Position numbers and translations under genes: made by a program
Notes under the pieces: model-generated
The model's input: only the letters and a program-made list of their open reading frames with translations
Databases searched by the model: none
What the model was told of the DNA's origin: nothing
Shown here: positions 32,814 to 41,703 of the stretch, one piece after another
Numbering within the stretch: the first letter of the stretch is position 1
Layout of the letters: every line of letters begins with the position of its first letter
DNA from: Desulfotomaculum sp.
Lineage (GTDB): Bacteria; Bacillota; Desulfotomaculia; Desulfotomaculales; Nap2-2B
Direction of reading: 5' to 3'
NCBI GenBank assembly: GCA_003485325.1
Contig: DMZI01000035.1
Location: forward strand, 68-64,067
Length of the DNA stretch: 64,000 nt

Positions 32814-33147
32814 TCTCTGATCGGGGTGAAAAGAAACCCTCATTTTATTTTCATTTACAGGACAGCCAATAGCTTTAAACTGGGAAGAGAGTTCAGAGGT
32901 ATAATCCCATCAGGTAAGGAGCGGGTGCGTAGCCAGGGGTATAATTTTGAAAAAACCTGTATATCATAATCCCGTAGGCTTTGTTATGCTGTAAGATACG
33001 CAGTGTGTTGGAAAGGTTTTCTGATGCAGTCCGGCGCACTTTGCATAAATTATCAAGATATTTAGTTTAAAAAACTTTCTTCAAAATAACTACTTAATAC
33101 GGTCTGCTTTAGTAGCAATAATTTATATAGGTTGATGCATTTGTATG

Positions 33148-33176
33148 TTGACAATTGACTATATATACAGTATATT
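33148..33176 (+). promoter_or_regulatory. Strong candidate sigma-A promoter driving the long leader of the SCP2 gene pair
   Basis: Consensus TTGACA (33148-33153), an exact 17-nt spacer, then TATATT (33171-33176), set in an AT-rich UP-like context. Confidence 0.55.
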
Positions 33177-33270
33177 TTATAAAATACATAAATTATGCAA
33201 TCACAAAATATTATTAAAATGGAATATATTAAAAAAGAAGTTAAAGAATCGCTAATTTATTGGCTAAGCA

Positions 33271-33309
33271 GACATCCATGCCGTTAAAGCGGCGCCAGCA
33301 GGAGGATGA
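33271..33309 (+). repeat. Copy B: the 5' module only of the dispersed element seen at 31-269 and 55359-55520
   Basis: GACATCCATGCCGTTAAAGCGGCGCCAGCAGGAGGATGA aligns without gaps to 31-69 of copy A and to the reverse complement of 55487-55525 of copy C. Similarity ends after this module. Confidence 0.55.
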
Positions 33310-33433
33310 TTCTCCAGCTTGTCCTTTTGTGGTGAACCCTGATTGTCCTTGTATCGGAAAGACGGAGCATGATCCTAAAAAATATGAAAACTCCATTGCT
33401 GATCAACTCAATCGGAAGCGGGGTGGTTTATGA
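33278..33433 (+). CDS. Possible 51-aa Cys-containing small ORF starting in element copy B (hypothetical)
   Basis: ATG 33278 opens MPLKRRQQEDDSPACPFVVNPDCPCIGKTEHDPKKYENSIADQLNRKRGGL. The first ~10 codons are shared with ORFs opening copies A and C. There is no SD, so translation is doubtful. Confidence 0.25.
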   Translation: MPLKRRQQEDDSPACPFVVNPDCPCIGKTEHDPKKYENSIADQLNRKRGGL

Positions 33434-33520
33434 ACAGTTAAAGATGTAATTTCTAAACAAGCACCAAGAAGTTCTCAGGATTTATTTTTATTTAAATTTC
33501 AATTTATAGGAGGTTATCTA

Positions 33521-33907
33521 ATGAAATTCGGTTCTAATGATTGGGCTAATGCATTTAAAGACGCAGTAAATAATGACGCTGCTTTTTTCAAGGGGTTGGC
33601 GGATCCTGCAAGCTTTACTTATAACATGGAACTTGCCGCCTCGGACAATAAATTTCATATCAGCTTTGTATCCGGTAAAGTGACTTGGGCAGGTGAACCG
33701 AAATTTAAGGATGAAGATTTAACTTTCGTAATTGTGGCAGATAGTGATACATGGAAAAAGATTGCTTCCGGACAGGAGCAAGCCACAAAAATGTTGGCCA
33801 TGGGTAAAGTGAAAATGCTTAAGGGGCCTGTTGACGCAGCAATTAAAAATGCTGGCGCTTTCAATAGTTTTTTGGCAGCTGCAGGAAAAGTCCCTACTGA
33901 GTATTAA
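33521..33907 (+). CDS. SCP2 (sterol carrier protein 2-like) domain protein
   Basis: 128-aa ORF with the SCP2-type pattern (SDTWKKIASGQEQATKMLAMGKVKMLKGPVDAAIK). The SD AGGAGG lies upstream. Confidence 0.7.
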   Translation: MKFGSNDWANAFKDAVNNDAAFFKGLADPASFTYNMELAASDNKFHISFVSGKVTWAGEPKFKDEDLTFVIVADSDTWKKIASGQEQATKMLAMGKVKMLKGPVDAAIKNAGAFNSFLAAAGKVPTEY

Positions 33908-33925
33908 AATAAATTTATTGACAGG

Positions 33926-34354
33926 GTGGGGTCAAATGTGAATTTGGAACTTGTCGATGGAGATCAAGCGAATGGCTTGTGTTTTTTACTGAATATGCTC
34001 TTGACCCAAAATCTAAATAATGCCGACAAGCAGCAGCTTGCTCAGAAGATGAAATGTTCTATCGGTATAAATGGTGTCGATACAGATCAAAAGGCAACTC
34101 TTATTTTTAACAATAACCTGGTCATTAAAAATGACTTTGCGGAACCACTGAAATTGGTTATTAAAGCTACTACGGACCAAATACTTGATGTTTCTCAGGT
34201 AAAAGTAATCGGCGGGTTGCTGCCTGTGGGGTTTTTTACTAAAAGAGGCTGGGGAATAATTAAAGAAATTCTAAAAGGCAAATTGGTAATCAAAGGATTA
34301 TTAACTCATCCTGTTACAGCAATCAGGTTTATTGCAATAGTTTCTGTGGCATAG
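33926..34354 (+). CDS. Second SCP2-like domain protein (divergent)
   Basis: 142-aa ORF with a GTG start. The C-terminal KGKLVIKGLLTHP segment resembles the SCP2 C-terminal helix region. The call is weak. Confidence 0.4.
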   Translation: MGSNVNLELVDGDQANGLCFLLNMLLTQNLNNADKQQLAQKMKCSIGINGVDTDQKATLIFNNNLVIKNDFAEPLKLVIKATTDQILDVSQVKVIGGLLPVGFFTKRGWGIIKEILKGKLVIKGLLTHPVTAIRFIAIVSVA

Positions 34355-34386
34355 TTATTTATTAACATAAATTCAGTTAAATAACT

Positions 34387-34419
34387 AAAAAACCGGGATT
34401 AGGACGATCCCGGTTTTTT
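34387..34419. terminator. Bidirectional rho-independent terminator between convergent genes
   Basis: AAAAAACCGGGA-ttaggacga-TCCCGGTTTTTT: a GC-rich stem with an A-run on one side and a T-run on the other. It lies between the 34354 (+) and 34454 (-) gene ends. Confidence 0.8.
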
Positions 34420-34453
34420 ATTGAATTTTTGATATTTTCACCCTTAATTAAAA

Positions 34454-35737
34454 TTAACTATCAGTTTCAACTTTTAAACTCAGGTAGGTGCTCCAGTTGC
34501 CTGCATCGTCGCCCGCTTTAACCTTGAAGGTGTATTCGGCGCCTTCTTCCAGGCCCGATATGGTGACTTCATTCTTGTCAGCGCCTAAAATTGCCTTTAA
34601 CTCGTCATCCTGGTAGACCTTGTACTTGGTTACTTCTTCATTATCCGTGGCATCCGGCCATTCCAGGGTGACGCTTGTCTTAGTTATGGAGCTAGCCTCA
34701 AGTTCACTTCCTGAGGGCCAGATTGGGTTCGTGGTGTCGTTTGCTTCCTTGGTAGTTACTTCCACCGAAGGGCCATCCATACTCCAGTTGCCGGCCGCGT
34801 CCCGCGCCTGGACGGTAAATTCATATTCTGCATCGGAGTCCAGGCCGGTAATCGTGGTAGTGAGTGCTTGATTAACTGTCTTTACCTTATCCACCCCGTC
34901 ATCGGTGTAAGTTATTTTATAGCCGGTAACTTTCACATTGTCGTCAGCCGGGTCCCATTCAAGTTCTACGCTATCCGTGCCGACATTGGTCGCCGTGATT
35001 TTGCTGTCACTATCCCAAATTGGGGCATATACATCATCAGTTACCGAAGGGCCGTTATCATACAAAGCGTTTATGATTATAAAAATCTCTACCCGCTTGA
35101 TGGTGCCGTTTGGGTTAAAGTTGCCGTCGGGGTTGCCTTTGATAATCCCCAGCTTATAAAGGGCCAGGATATACCCATAGTCCTCATCGGAGATTAGGCC
35201 GCTGTCCTTAAAGGGGTTAAAACTTAGTTCGGATACGGATACCGGTTCCAGCATCCCGCACTTCTCCAGGTACTTTGACAGTAGAATGCAGGACTCCAGG
35301 CGGCTCATCTGCACATGCGAGTGAAAGCGTTTGAGGTTGATGAAGTTATTTTTCACTGCCCGCTTCACCTCGTTTTTCGCCCATACCGGTACGTCGCTGT
35401 CTTCGTCAACTGCGTCCTCGTTTTCGGGCATGTCTTCGTCTGCTGCCTGGATGTTAAATATTTTGAATACAGCCCGGTCGATAAGTACCGTTACCTCCGC
35501 TTGGGTGCACAGGTTATTGGGACGGAAAGTTCCGTCACCATATCCGCACGCAATGCCCTTGGCCTGCATTTTTTCAATCACCTGCCTTGCCCAGTGGCCT
35601 TGAATGTCCGAGAATTTCACCTGCTTAATCAAACCAAGCCCATTTCCTTTGGCATTGGCAGGCTTTGCCGCCGCAGTTCCAACGCTGACAGTGAGCAGCA
35701 TGGTGAGTGTCAACAATAGCGCAAGGATTTTCTTCAT
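34454..35737 (-). CDS. Cell-surface protein: signal peptide, SLH domains, two C-terminal fibronectin type III domains
   Basis: The start is set at ATG 35737 (MKKILALLLTLTMLLTVSVGTAAA) with the SD GGAGGA 8 nt upstream. It has SLH motifs (FSDIQGHWARQVIEKM...GYGDGTFRPNN) and two Fn3 repeats (VELEWDPADDNVKVTGYKI; VTLEWPDATDNEEVTKYKV). The track's extra 87 N-terminal codons are not signal-like. Confidence 0.85.
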   Translation of the reverse strand: MKKILALLLTLTMLLTVSVGTAAAKPANAKGNGLGLIKQVKFSDIQGHWARQVIEKMQAKGIACGYGDGTFRPNNLCTQAEVTVLIDRAVFKIFNIQAADEDMPENEDAVDEDSDVPVWAKNEVKRAVKNNFINLKRFHSHVQMSRLESCILLSKYLEKCGMLEPVSVSELSFNPFKDSGLISDEDYGYILALYKLGIIKGNPDGNFNPNGTIKRVEIFIIINALYDNGPSVTDDVYAPIWDSDSKITATNVGTDSVELEWDPADDNVKVTGYKITYTDDGVDKVKTVNQALTTTITGLDSDAEYEFTVQARDAAGNWSMDGPSVEVTTKEANDTTNPIWPSGSELEASSITKTSVTLEWPDATDNEEVTKYKVYQDDELKAILGADKNEVTISGLEEGAEYTFKVKAGDDAGNWSTYLSLKVETDS

Positions 35738-36167
35738 TATCCATTCCTCCTCTATGATTTTATTGCTCTTAATAAGCCAATACGTTAACCAATGTAAAAA
35801 ATGTGGGGTATCCTTAAGCCTAAAAAATAACATAAGAGCAGGACTGGTTTGCATGTATTTATGGAACTGCTTGAGAAAACACTCAATTATCATTGGCTGA
35901 CGGATCCTGACAACATACCCGTGATGGGCGATGGAACAACGCACTATTACCACCAGGGTCCGGTATTTATTGACGATGCTGATGAAGAAACGGAACAAGC
36001 GCTTCGTTGGAACCAGGAGGAAAATACAAACGTCCGGGAAAAGGATATGGGCGCCCTAAAGGGCGCCAACTTAAAAGACCTGTGTGACCTAATACTGGTA
36101 TTATTACAGAAGTGGCGGTGAGAGTTACCCAACAACTACAGGACTTTCGATACAAAACGTATGTGAG

Positions 36168-36605
36168 TTGACAATATACAGCGTTAAACAAGCACATGTG
36201 TCTGCCATAGCGCCGGAATGTATGTTTTCCACTGATAAAACCTCGGGCAAAGTCCCGCTCACAATAAAGTTCATAGACCAGTCTGCTAACTTTCCTGCGT
36301 CATGGGCATGGGACTTTGATAATGACGGAAATATAGATTTTACCACTAAAAATCCATCCTATACCTACAATACTCCAGGTATATACAGCGTCAAGCTTAC
36401 TGTTGGCAATTCCGCCGGTTCTGATAACGAGATTAAGGTTGATTACATTATCTTTAACACAGAAACTTCAAATATACTATCCCAGCCAAAAACAAAAGGT
36501 AAGGCTGGCAAACATTCAAATTGGTCAATTATCACTCCAGTGATAATATTGGCTGTTGTAGTTTTTAGTATGGGAATTATCTTTTATAGAATGCGCCGAC
36601 GGTAG
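36168..36605 (+). CDS. PKD-domain protein with a C-terminal TM anchor, possibly 5'-truncated
   Basis: 145-aa ORF with the PKD pattern (TSGKVPLTIKFIDQS...WAWDFDNDG...YTYNTPGIYSVKLTVGNSAG) and a C-terminal hydrophobic helix plus RMRRR. No signal peptide or SD is evident. Confidence 0.55.
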   Translation: MTIYSVKQAHVSAIAPECMFSTDKTSGKVPLTIKFIDQSANFPASWAWDFDNDGNIDFTTKNPSYTYNTPGIYSVKLTVGNSAGSDNEIKVDYIIFNTETSNILSQPKTKGKAGKHSNWSIITPVIILAVVVFSMGIIFYRMRRR

Positions 36606-36725
36606 CAGTTTCCAATAGCATACTCTTTGATAATGTCAATTAAAAATTTGGTTCCCCAGCACCTCTTCCATCTGGGAAACTCTGTCCCCAAATTGTTCCT
36701 AATTAACAAAATTCCCAATACAGTT

Positions 36726-36758
36726 CTAAAAAGCACAACCCCGCAAATCCTTGCGGGG
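36726..36758 (-). terminator. Rho-independent terminator of tRNA-Trp
   Basis: On the minus strand the stem CCCCGCAA-ggat-TTGCGGGG is followed by TTGTGCTTTTT, immediately 3' of the tRNA. Confidence 0.75.
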
Positions 36759-36771
36759 TATGATTATTCTT

Positions 36772-36847
<76 letters not shown>

Positions 36848-36863
36848 ATATTTTTGCTATCTA

Positions 36864-36893
36864 ATTATAGGATAAATTTTATAAGCATGTCAA
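36864..36893 (-). promoter_or_regulatory. Consensus sigma-A promoter of tRNA-Trp
   Basis: On the minus strand: TTGACA (36893-36888), an 18-nt spacer, then TATAAT (36869-36864). The -10 element ends 16 nt before the mature tRNA 5' end. Confidence 0.7.
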
Positions 36894-36996
36894 GTGGACT
36901 GCCCGCCCACTAAAATATAAGAAAAGTGCAGGAATTTGACCTTCTAATGAAGAATATGTAAATATAAAAGTACTATTTATTTCAGGGGGTATTTTT

Positions 36997-37167
36997 TTGG
37001 ATAAGCGGTGTATGTTATGCGGACGTCTTTTTGAGGTTGAGGAAGCGGCGCCTGATCCATATGATGATGAAGACATACCCAAAAAATCTGCAAGCATTTG
37101 CCTGCTCTGCCAGGCCAAACTGCGGCATGAGGCGGATGAGTCACAGAAATCACCTAAACCCATGTAA
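36997..37167 (+). CDS. Unannotated 56-aa zinc-ribbon protein (CxxC...CxxC; YlaI/DUF2197-like)
   Basis: TTG 36997 is preceded by AGGGGG at about 8 nt. The peptide is MDKRCMLCGRLFEVEEAAPDPYDDEDIPKKSASICLLCQAKLRHEADESQKSPKPM. It is below the ORF-track cut-off and overlaps only implausible track ORFs. Confidence 0.5.
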   Translation: MDKRCMLCGRLFEVEEAAPDPYDDEDIPKKSASICLLCQAKLRHEADESQKSPKPM

Positions 37168-37203
37168 CAGATTATATTTATTATATTTAAGGAGGCCTTT
37201 TTA

Positions 37204-39942
37204 TTGCGTTCATTTCGACCGCTGACAATAGGGATCCTGGTAGTCCTTTTTTTGTTTTTTTTGCTTGCCAAATGGGGCGGGTACCTGTACATAGATTGGC
37301 TGTGGTTTAAAAGCTTAAATTATCAACATGTCTATATCACTCGTTACATCTCGGAAATACTTCTTCGCGTATCGGTATTTATTCTAACATTTTTGCTGCT
37401 GTTTTTAAGCCTTATGCTGACACGCCGGACAATTACTTCGGCAGTACAGTCGTCCAGGCAGATTGAAGAGGGTGGCGTGATAACACTTCAGCGTTCTCCT
37501 TTGCTTCAGTTTGTAAACAACAAAACTGTTACTATCGTGTTTGTCTTGATGAGTGTTTTAATGGGTTTAATGGTAAGTTCTTCAGTAACAGGGGATTGGG
37601 TTATACTTCAAAAATTTCTTCATCCCAGTCCATTTGGTTTAAATGATCCGATTTTTAATAAGGATATAGGTTTCTATGTTTTTCAACTGCCATTCTTCCA
37701 GTTTCTTTACAAATTATCTATTTCGTTAATATTTTTAATTGCCGTCTGGACTGCTTTGGCCTATTTTTCAGCCGGCGCCGTAAGCGGGAACCTCAGCGTA
37801 AGAAAAATTTTTGATATTTCAGCAGCTCGCTATCATCTTTCTATCCTGGTGGCTGTTTATTTCCTTTTAAGGGCATGGGGATACAGGCTGCAGCAGTATA
37901 CCTTGCTGAATTCTGCACAGGGTGTTGTCTACGGCCCGGGGTATACGGATATTCACGCAAACCTGCTGGCATATAAAGTTATGTTTTTTCTTGCCGCTCT
38001 TACAGGTATTATAGTTTTGATTAATATCTTCATGCGGCGTTTCCGTATGATTGTTTATGCAATAGGGTTCATGATTGCCGCCGCGATTATTTTAAACGGG
38101 ATTTATCCGGCATTAGTTCAAAAACTTGTCGTTCTGCCCAGTGAAATGGAAAAGGAGAAACCCTATATTGAAAATAGTATTAAATACACGCGTATTGCTT
38201 ATAACATTGAAGCGATCGACAAAAAATTGTTCCCCGCAGGAAAAACATTAAGTGTTGCCGATGTCAAGGATAATCAGGATACGATAAAAAACATTCGTTT
38301 ATGGGATTACAGGCCTTTACAGCAAACGTACAGTCAACTTCAGGAAATGCGCACCTATTATGAGTTTAAGGATATCGATATTGACCGTTATAACATTGAC
38401 GGCCAATACCGTCAGGTAATGCTGGCGGCCCGGGAATTAAATCAGGAAAAGCTTCCTGATCAGGCTAAAACTTGGATTAATCAGCGCCTGAAATACACAC
38501 ATGGATATGGAGTTGCGTTGAGCCCGGTAAACGAAATTACAGGTGAAGGTCTCCCGAACCTGCTTATAAAAGACATCCCGCCAACAACAAGTACGAATTT
38601 AAAAGTAAACAGGCCTGAAATTTACTTTGGCGAACTGACTAATAATTATGTCATTGTTAATACCCGCGGCCAGGAATTTAATTATCCCATGGGTGATGAT
38701 AACGCCTGGTCGACTTATCAGGGTAAAGATGGCGTTGAAATAGGTTCTATATTCCGCCGCCTGATTTTTGCCCTGACTTTTAATGATTATAAACTTCTGC
38801 TTTCAGGCGAGGTAAGCAGTGAAAGCCAGGCGCTATACTACCGGAGTCTATACCAGCGTGTTCCTAAAATAGCTCCTTTTCTTCTTTATGATGGAGATCC
38901 GTATCTTGTGATTGATAATGGCAAACTATACTGGATGTGGGACGCTTATACAACTACAGACATGTTTCCCTATTCCGAACCGTTTGCAAATAAAATGAAT
39001 TATATCCGGAATTCAGTGAAAGTTGTAGTGGATGCCTACACCGGTAAAGTTACGTATTACATTGCAGATTCTGCGGATCCCGTGCTGAAGACTTATCAGA
39101 AAATATTTCCCGGACTTTTCACTTCGGAAATGCCCTCAGGATTGAAGGAGCATATTCGTTATCCCGAAGATTTGTTTGTAATTCAAGCCAACAAATATAT
39201 GGTTTACCACATGCAGAATTACCGTGTTTTCTATAATAAGGAGGACAAGTGGAACTTGCCGACAGAGCTTTTTTACGGTGAGGAACAGACTATGGAACCA
39301 TACTATACCATTGCCAGACTGCCTGGAGAAGAAAAGCCTGAATATATACAGATTATACCTTTCACACCGCATAATAAAAAGAATATGATTGCCTGGTTCG
39401 CCGGCCGCTCAGACGGCAAAAATTATGGCAAGCTGCTCGTTTACGAATTTCCGAAGCAGGAACTGGTCTTTGGCCCTATGCAGGTTGAGGCCAGGATAAA
39501 CCAGGATACAACTATTTCGCAGCAGCTTTCCCTGTGGGACCAAAGGGGGTCGCAGGTCATACGCGGCAACATGATGGTCATTCCGGTTAAGGACTCCCTA
39601 ATTTATGTTGAGCCTTTGTACCTTCAGGCGGAGCAGGGTAAAATGCCCGAACTTAGCCGTGTAATCGTTGCGCATGGCGACCGTGTAGTTATGGAGAAAA
39701 CACTCGGGGCGTCACTGGAAAAAATATTTGGCGGGCAGGACATTATAGAACCATCCAAACAACAACCTGCCGGTAGACAGGGGGCTAATGAGACAGAAAC
39801 TGTTTCCAGCCTTGCCCAAAAAGCAAACCAGCTCTTTGATGATGCGCAAAAGAAGATTGCCAGCGGGGACTGGGCAGGGTATGGAAATTTGATGAGGCAG
39901 TTGGAAGATACTTTAAATGAGTTGGCTACCAAGGCCAGGTGA
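37204..39942 (+). CDS. UPF0182-family large membrane protein
   Basis: 912-aa ORF. About seven N-terminal TM helices precede a large extracytoplasmic domain. The N-terminus (YIDWLWFKSLNY) is typical of UPF0182. The SD AAGGAGG lies upstream of TTG 37204. Confidence 0.85.
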   Translation: MRSFRPLTIGILVVLFLFFLLAKWGGYLYIDWLWFKSLNYQHVYITRYISEILLRVSVFILTFLLLFLSLMLTRRTITSAVQSSRQIEEGGVITLQRSPLLQFVNNKTVTIVFVLMSVLMGLMVSSSVTGDWVILQKFLHPSPFGLNDPIFNKDIGFYVFQLPFFQFLYKLSISLIFLIAVWTALAYFSAGAVSGNLSVRKIFDISAARYHLSILVAVYFLLRAWGYRLQQYTLLNSAQGVVYGPGYTDIHANLLAYKVMFFLAALTGIIVLINIFMRRFRMIVYAIGFMIAAAIILNGIYPALVQKLVVLPSEMEKEKPYIENSIKYTRIAYNIEAIDKKLFPAGKTLSVADVKDNQDTIKNIRLWDYRPLQQTYSQLQEMRTYYEFKDIDIDRYNIDGQYRQVMLAARELNQEKLPDQAKTWINQRLKYTHGYGVALSPVNEITGEGLPNLLIKDIPPTTSTNLKVNRPEIYFGELTNNYVIVNTRGQEFNYPMGDDNAWSTYQGKDGVEIGSIFRRLIFALTFNDYKLLLSGEVSSESQALYYRSLYQRVPKIAPFLLYDGDPYLVIDNGKLYWMWDAYTTTDMFPYSEPFANKMNYIRNSVKVVVDAYTGKVTYYIADSADPVLKTYQKIFPGLFTSEMPSGLKEHIRYPEDLFVIQANKYMVYHMQNYRVFYNKEDKWNLPTELFYGEEQTMEPYYTIARLPGEEKPEYIQIIPFTPHNKKNMIAWFAGRSDGKNYGKLLVYEFPKQELVFGPMQVEARINQDTTISQQLSLWDQRGSQVIRGNMMVIPVKDSLIYVEPLYLQAEQGKMPELSRVIVAHGDRVVMEKTLGASLEKIFGGQDIIEPSKQQPAGRQGANETETVSSLAQKANQLFDDAQKKIASGDWAGYGNLMRQLEDTLNELATKAR

Positions 39943-39989
39943 GGGGAAGAATAAAATAATTAATTTTGGGATAAAAGGAGGCTGCCTTA

Positions 39990-41078
39990 ATGAGCAAGAT
40001 AAGGAATATAGGAGTGCTTACCGGTGGTGGGGATGCGCCGGGCCTCAATGCAGTTATCCGGGCGGTTGTTAAGACTGCCAAACTATATGGTCTTGGTGTT
40101 GTTGGTTTTTTAAACGGGTTTGGGGGACTAATCAAAAACCAGGTACGCGAGTTAAGTGAGCGGGATGTAGCGGGGATACTTCCACGCGGGGGGACCATTC
40201 TCGGAACAACAAACCGGGACAACCCCTTTTCTTATCCTATAATAAAGGATGGCAAAAAAGTTTATGTAGATGTGTCCGATCGGATTTTCGAGAATATAAG
40301 CATTCAAGAGGTTGATGCGCTGATCATTATCGGTGGTGATGGCAGCCTTGCCATCGGAAGGGACCTGCATGATAAAGGTTTACCGGTCGTTTGCGTGCCA
40401 AAAACAATAGATAATGATCTTTGGGCAACGGAACAGACTTTCGGTTTTGACAGCGCAATGGCTACTGCAACCGATGCCATAGATAAACTTCATACCACGG
40501 CTGAATCTCATCACCGCGTTATGGTATTGGAAGTTATGGGTCGTTATGCGGGCTGGATTGCGCTTACTTCAGGCATCGCCGGCGGCGCGGATGTCATTCT
40601 TATTCCTGAAATACCTTATCAGATAGAAAGTATAGTCAAAAAAATCAACGAGAGAAGCCGTCAGGACAAACAGTTTAGTATTATTGTAGTGGCTGAGGGC
40701 GCTAAGCCTTTGGGTGGCGAAATGGTTGTGCAGAAAAGAATTGAGGATAGCTTTGAACCTATAAGGCTTGGAGGAATCGGCAATGTATTGGGCGAGCAAC
40801 TAGAAGAAGTAACAGGCAAGGAGACCAGAGTAACAGTTTTAGGCCACCTGCAGCGGGGCGGATCACCGACGCCGTATGATCGCATCCTGGCAACACGCTA
40901 CGGGACAGGCGCTGTAAAATTGATTGTGGACGGCCGCTTCGGAGAAATGGTTTGTTTAACCGGCCCGACAATTTCATCAGCACCTTTGAGGGAAGCCGCA
41001 GGTAAAATACGCCAGGTCCCTCTGGATAGCGATTTGATATATTCTGCACGGATGTTGGGAATTTCTATGGGTGATTAA
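39990..41078 (+). CDS. pfkA: 6-phosphofructokinase (PfkA family; phosphoryl donor not assignable from sequence)
   Basis: 362-aa ORF with motifs GVLTGGGDAPGLN, IIGGDGS and PKTIDNDL. Confidence 0.9.
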   Translation: MSKIRNIGVLTGGGDAPGLNAVIRAVVKTAKLYGLGVVGFLNGFGGLIKNQVRELSERDVAGILPRGGTILGTTNRDNPFSYPIIKDGKKVYVDVSDRIFENISIQEVDALIIIGGDGSLAIGRDLHDKGLPVVCVPKTIDNDLWATEQTFGFDSAMATATDAIDKLHTTAESHHRVMVLEVMGRYAGWIALTSGIAGGADVILIPEIPYQIESIVKKINERSRQDKQFSIIVVAEGAKPLGGEMVVQKRIEDSFEPIRLGGIGNVLGEQLEEVTGKETRVTVLGHLQRGGSPTPYDRILATRYGTGAVKLIVDGRFGEMVCLTGPTISSAPLREAAGKIRQVPLDSDLIYSARMLGISMGD

Positions 41079-41169
41079 GTTAAGCTAAAAATCGTCAAAA
41101 CAATACCATATATTACCAAGGTAATATCTGCCGCGCCGTCGAATATGTACCATTAAGATTGCGGGGTAG

Positions 41170-41703
41170 ATGTTCATGAATAAAATACCCAAACTCTTTA
41201 ATTGTTTTGGAAATTGGTTTAATAAAAGGTTATATGTTTGGTTCTCGGCTTTTTTAATTTGCAGCTTTTTTGTATCGGGGCTCTGTATGGGTAGGGGACC
41301 CGAAGAAAAGACCTCCACTTTAAAGAACGATTTGACGGTAGTCATCAAAGGAGGTATAGGTGACAATAGCTGGTGGTACGCTAATAGCCCTAGTGAAGTG
41401 AGGACAATATTATCCCGTTATTATACGGGCCCTTTATTAGATCAATTAAGTCAGGATTGCTGGATATTTGTTCAACAGCCGACCGATTGGTACTGTCAGG
41501 ATTCGTTATCAGATATCGAAATAATACGTCAGAATAAATCCCAGGCAGAAGTGATTGCCCTCTTAAAAGATTATAATTTATTGACAGGTAAGAGCAGGGC
41601 AGGGGAGGCCAAATATATTTTTACAAAAACGGAACAGGGTTGGCGAATCTGTTCCGCCCGGTATAGTTGGCCGCAAGAAAATGAAGGGGAATTATCCCGT
41701 TGA
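41170..41703 (+). CDS. Hypothetical membrane-anchored protein
   Basis: 177-aa ORF with one N-terminal TM helix. It overlaps the downstream GT4 gene by 4 nt (likely co-translated). No family was recognised. Confidence 0.45.
   Translation: MFMNKIPKLFNCFGNWFNKRLYVWFSAFLICSFFVSGLCMGRGPEEKTSTLKNDLTVVIKGGIGDNSWWYANSPSEVRTILSRYYTGPLLDQLSQDCWIFVQQPTDWYCQDSLSDIEIIRQNKSQAEVIALLKDYNLLTGKSRAGEAKYIFTKTEQGWRICSARYSWPQENEGELSR

Noticed and set aside
35738-35998. 87-codon N-terminal extension of the SLH-Fn3 protein given in the ORF track
   Set aside because: The internal ATG 35737 has the SD GGAGGA and starts a textbook signal peptide. The extension is not signal-like and has no RBS.
36879-37292. 137-aa minus-strand ORF, and the 64-aa plus-strand ORF at 37031-37225
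   Set aside because: Both overlap the better-supported zinc-ribbon ORF (SD, CxxC pairs) and the start region of the UPF0182 gene. Their composition looks random and no SD is present.
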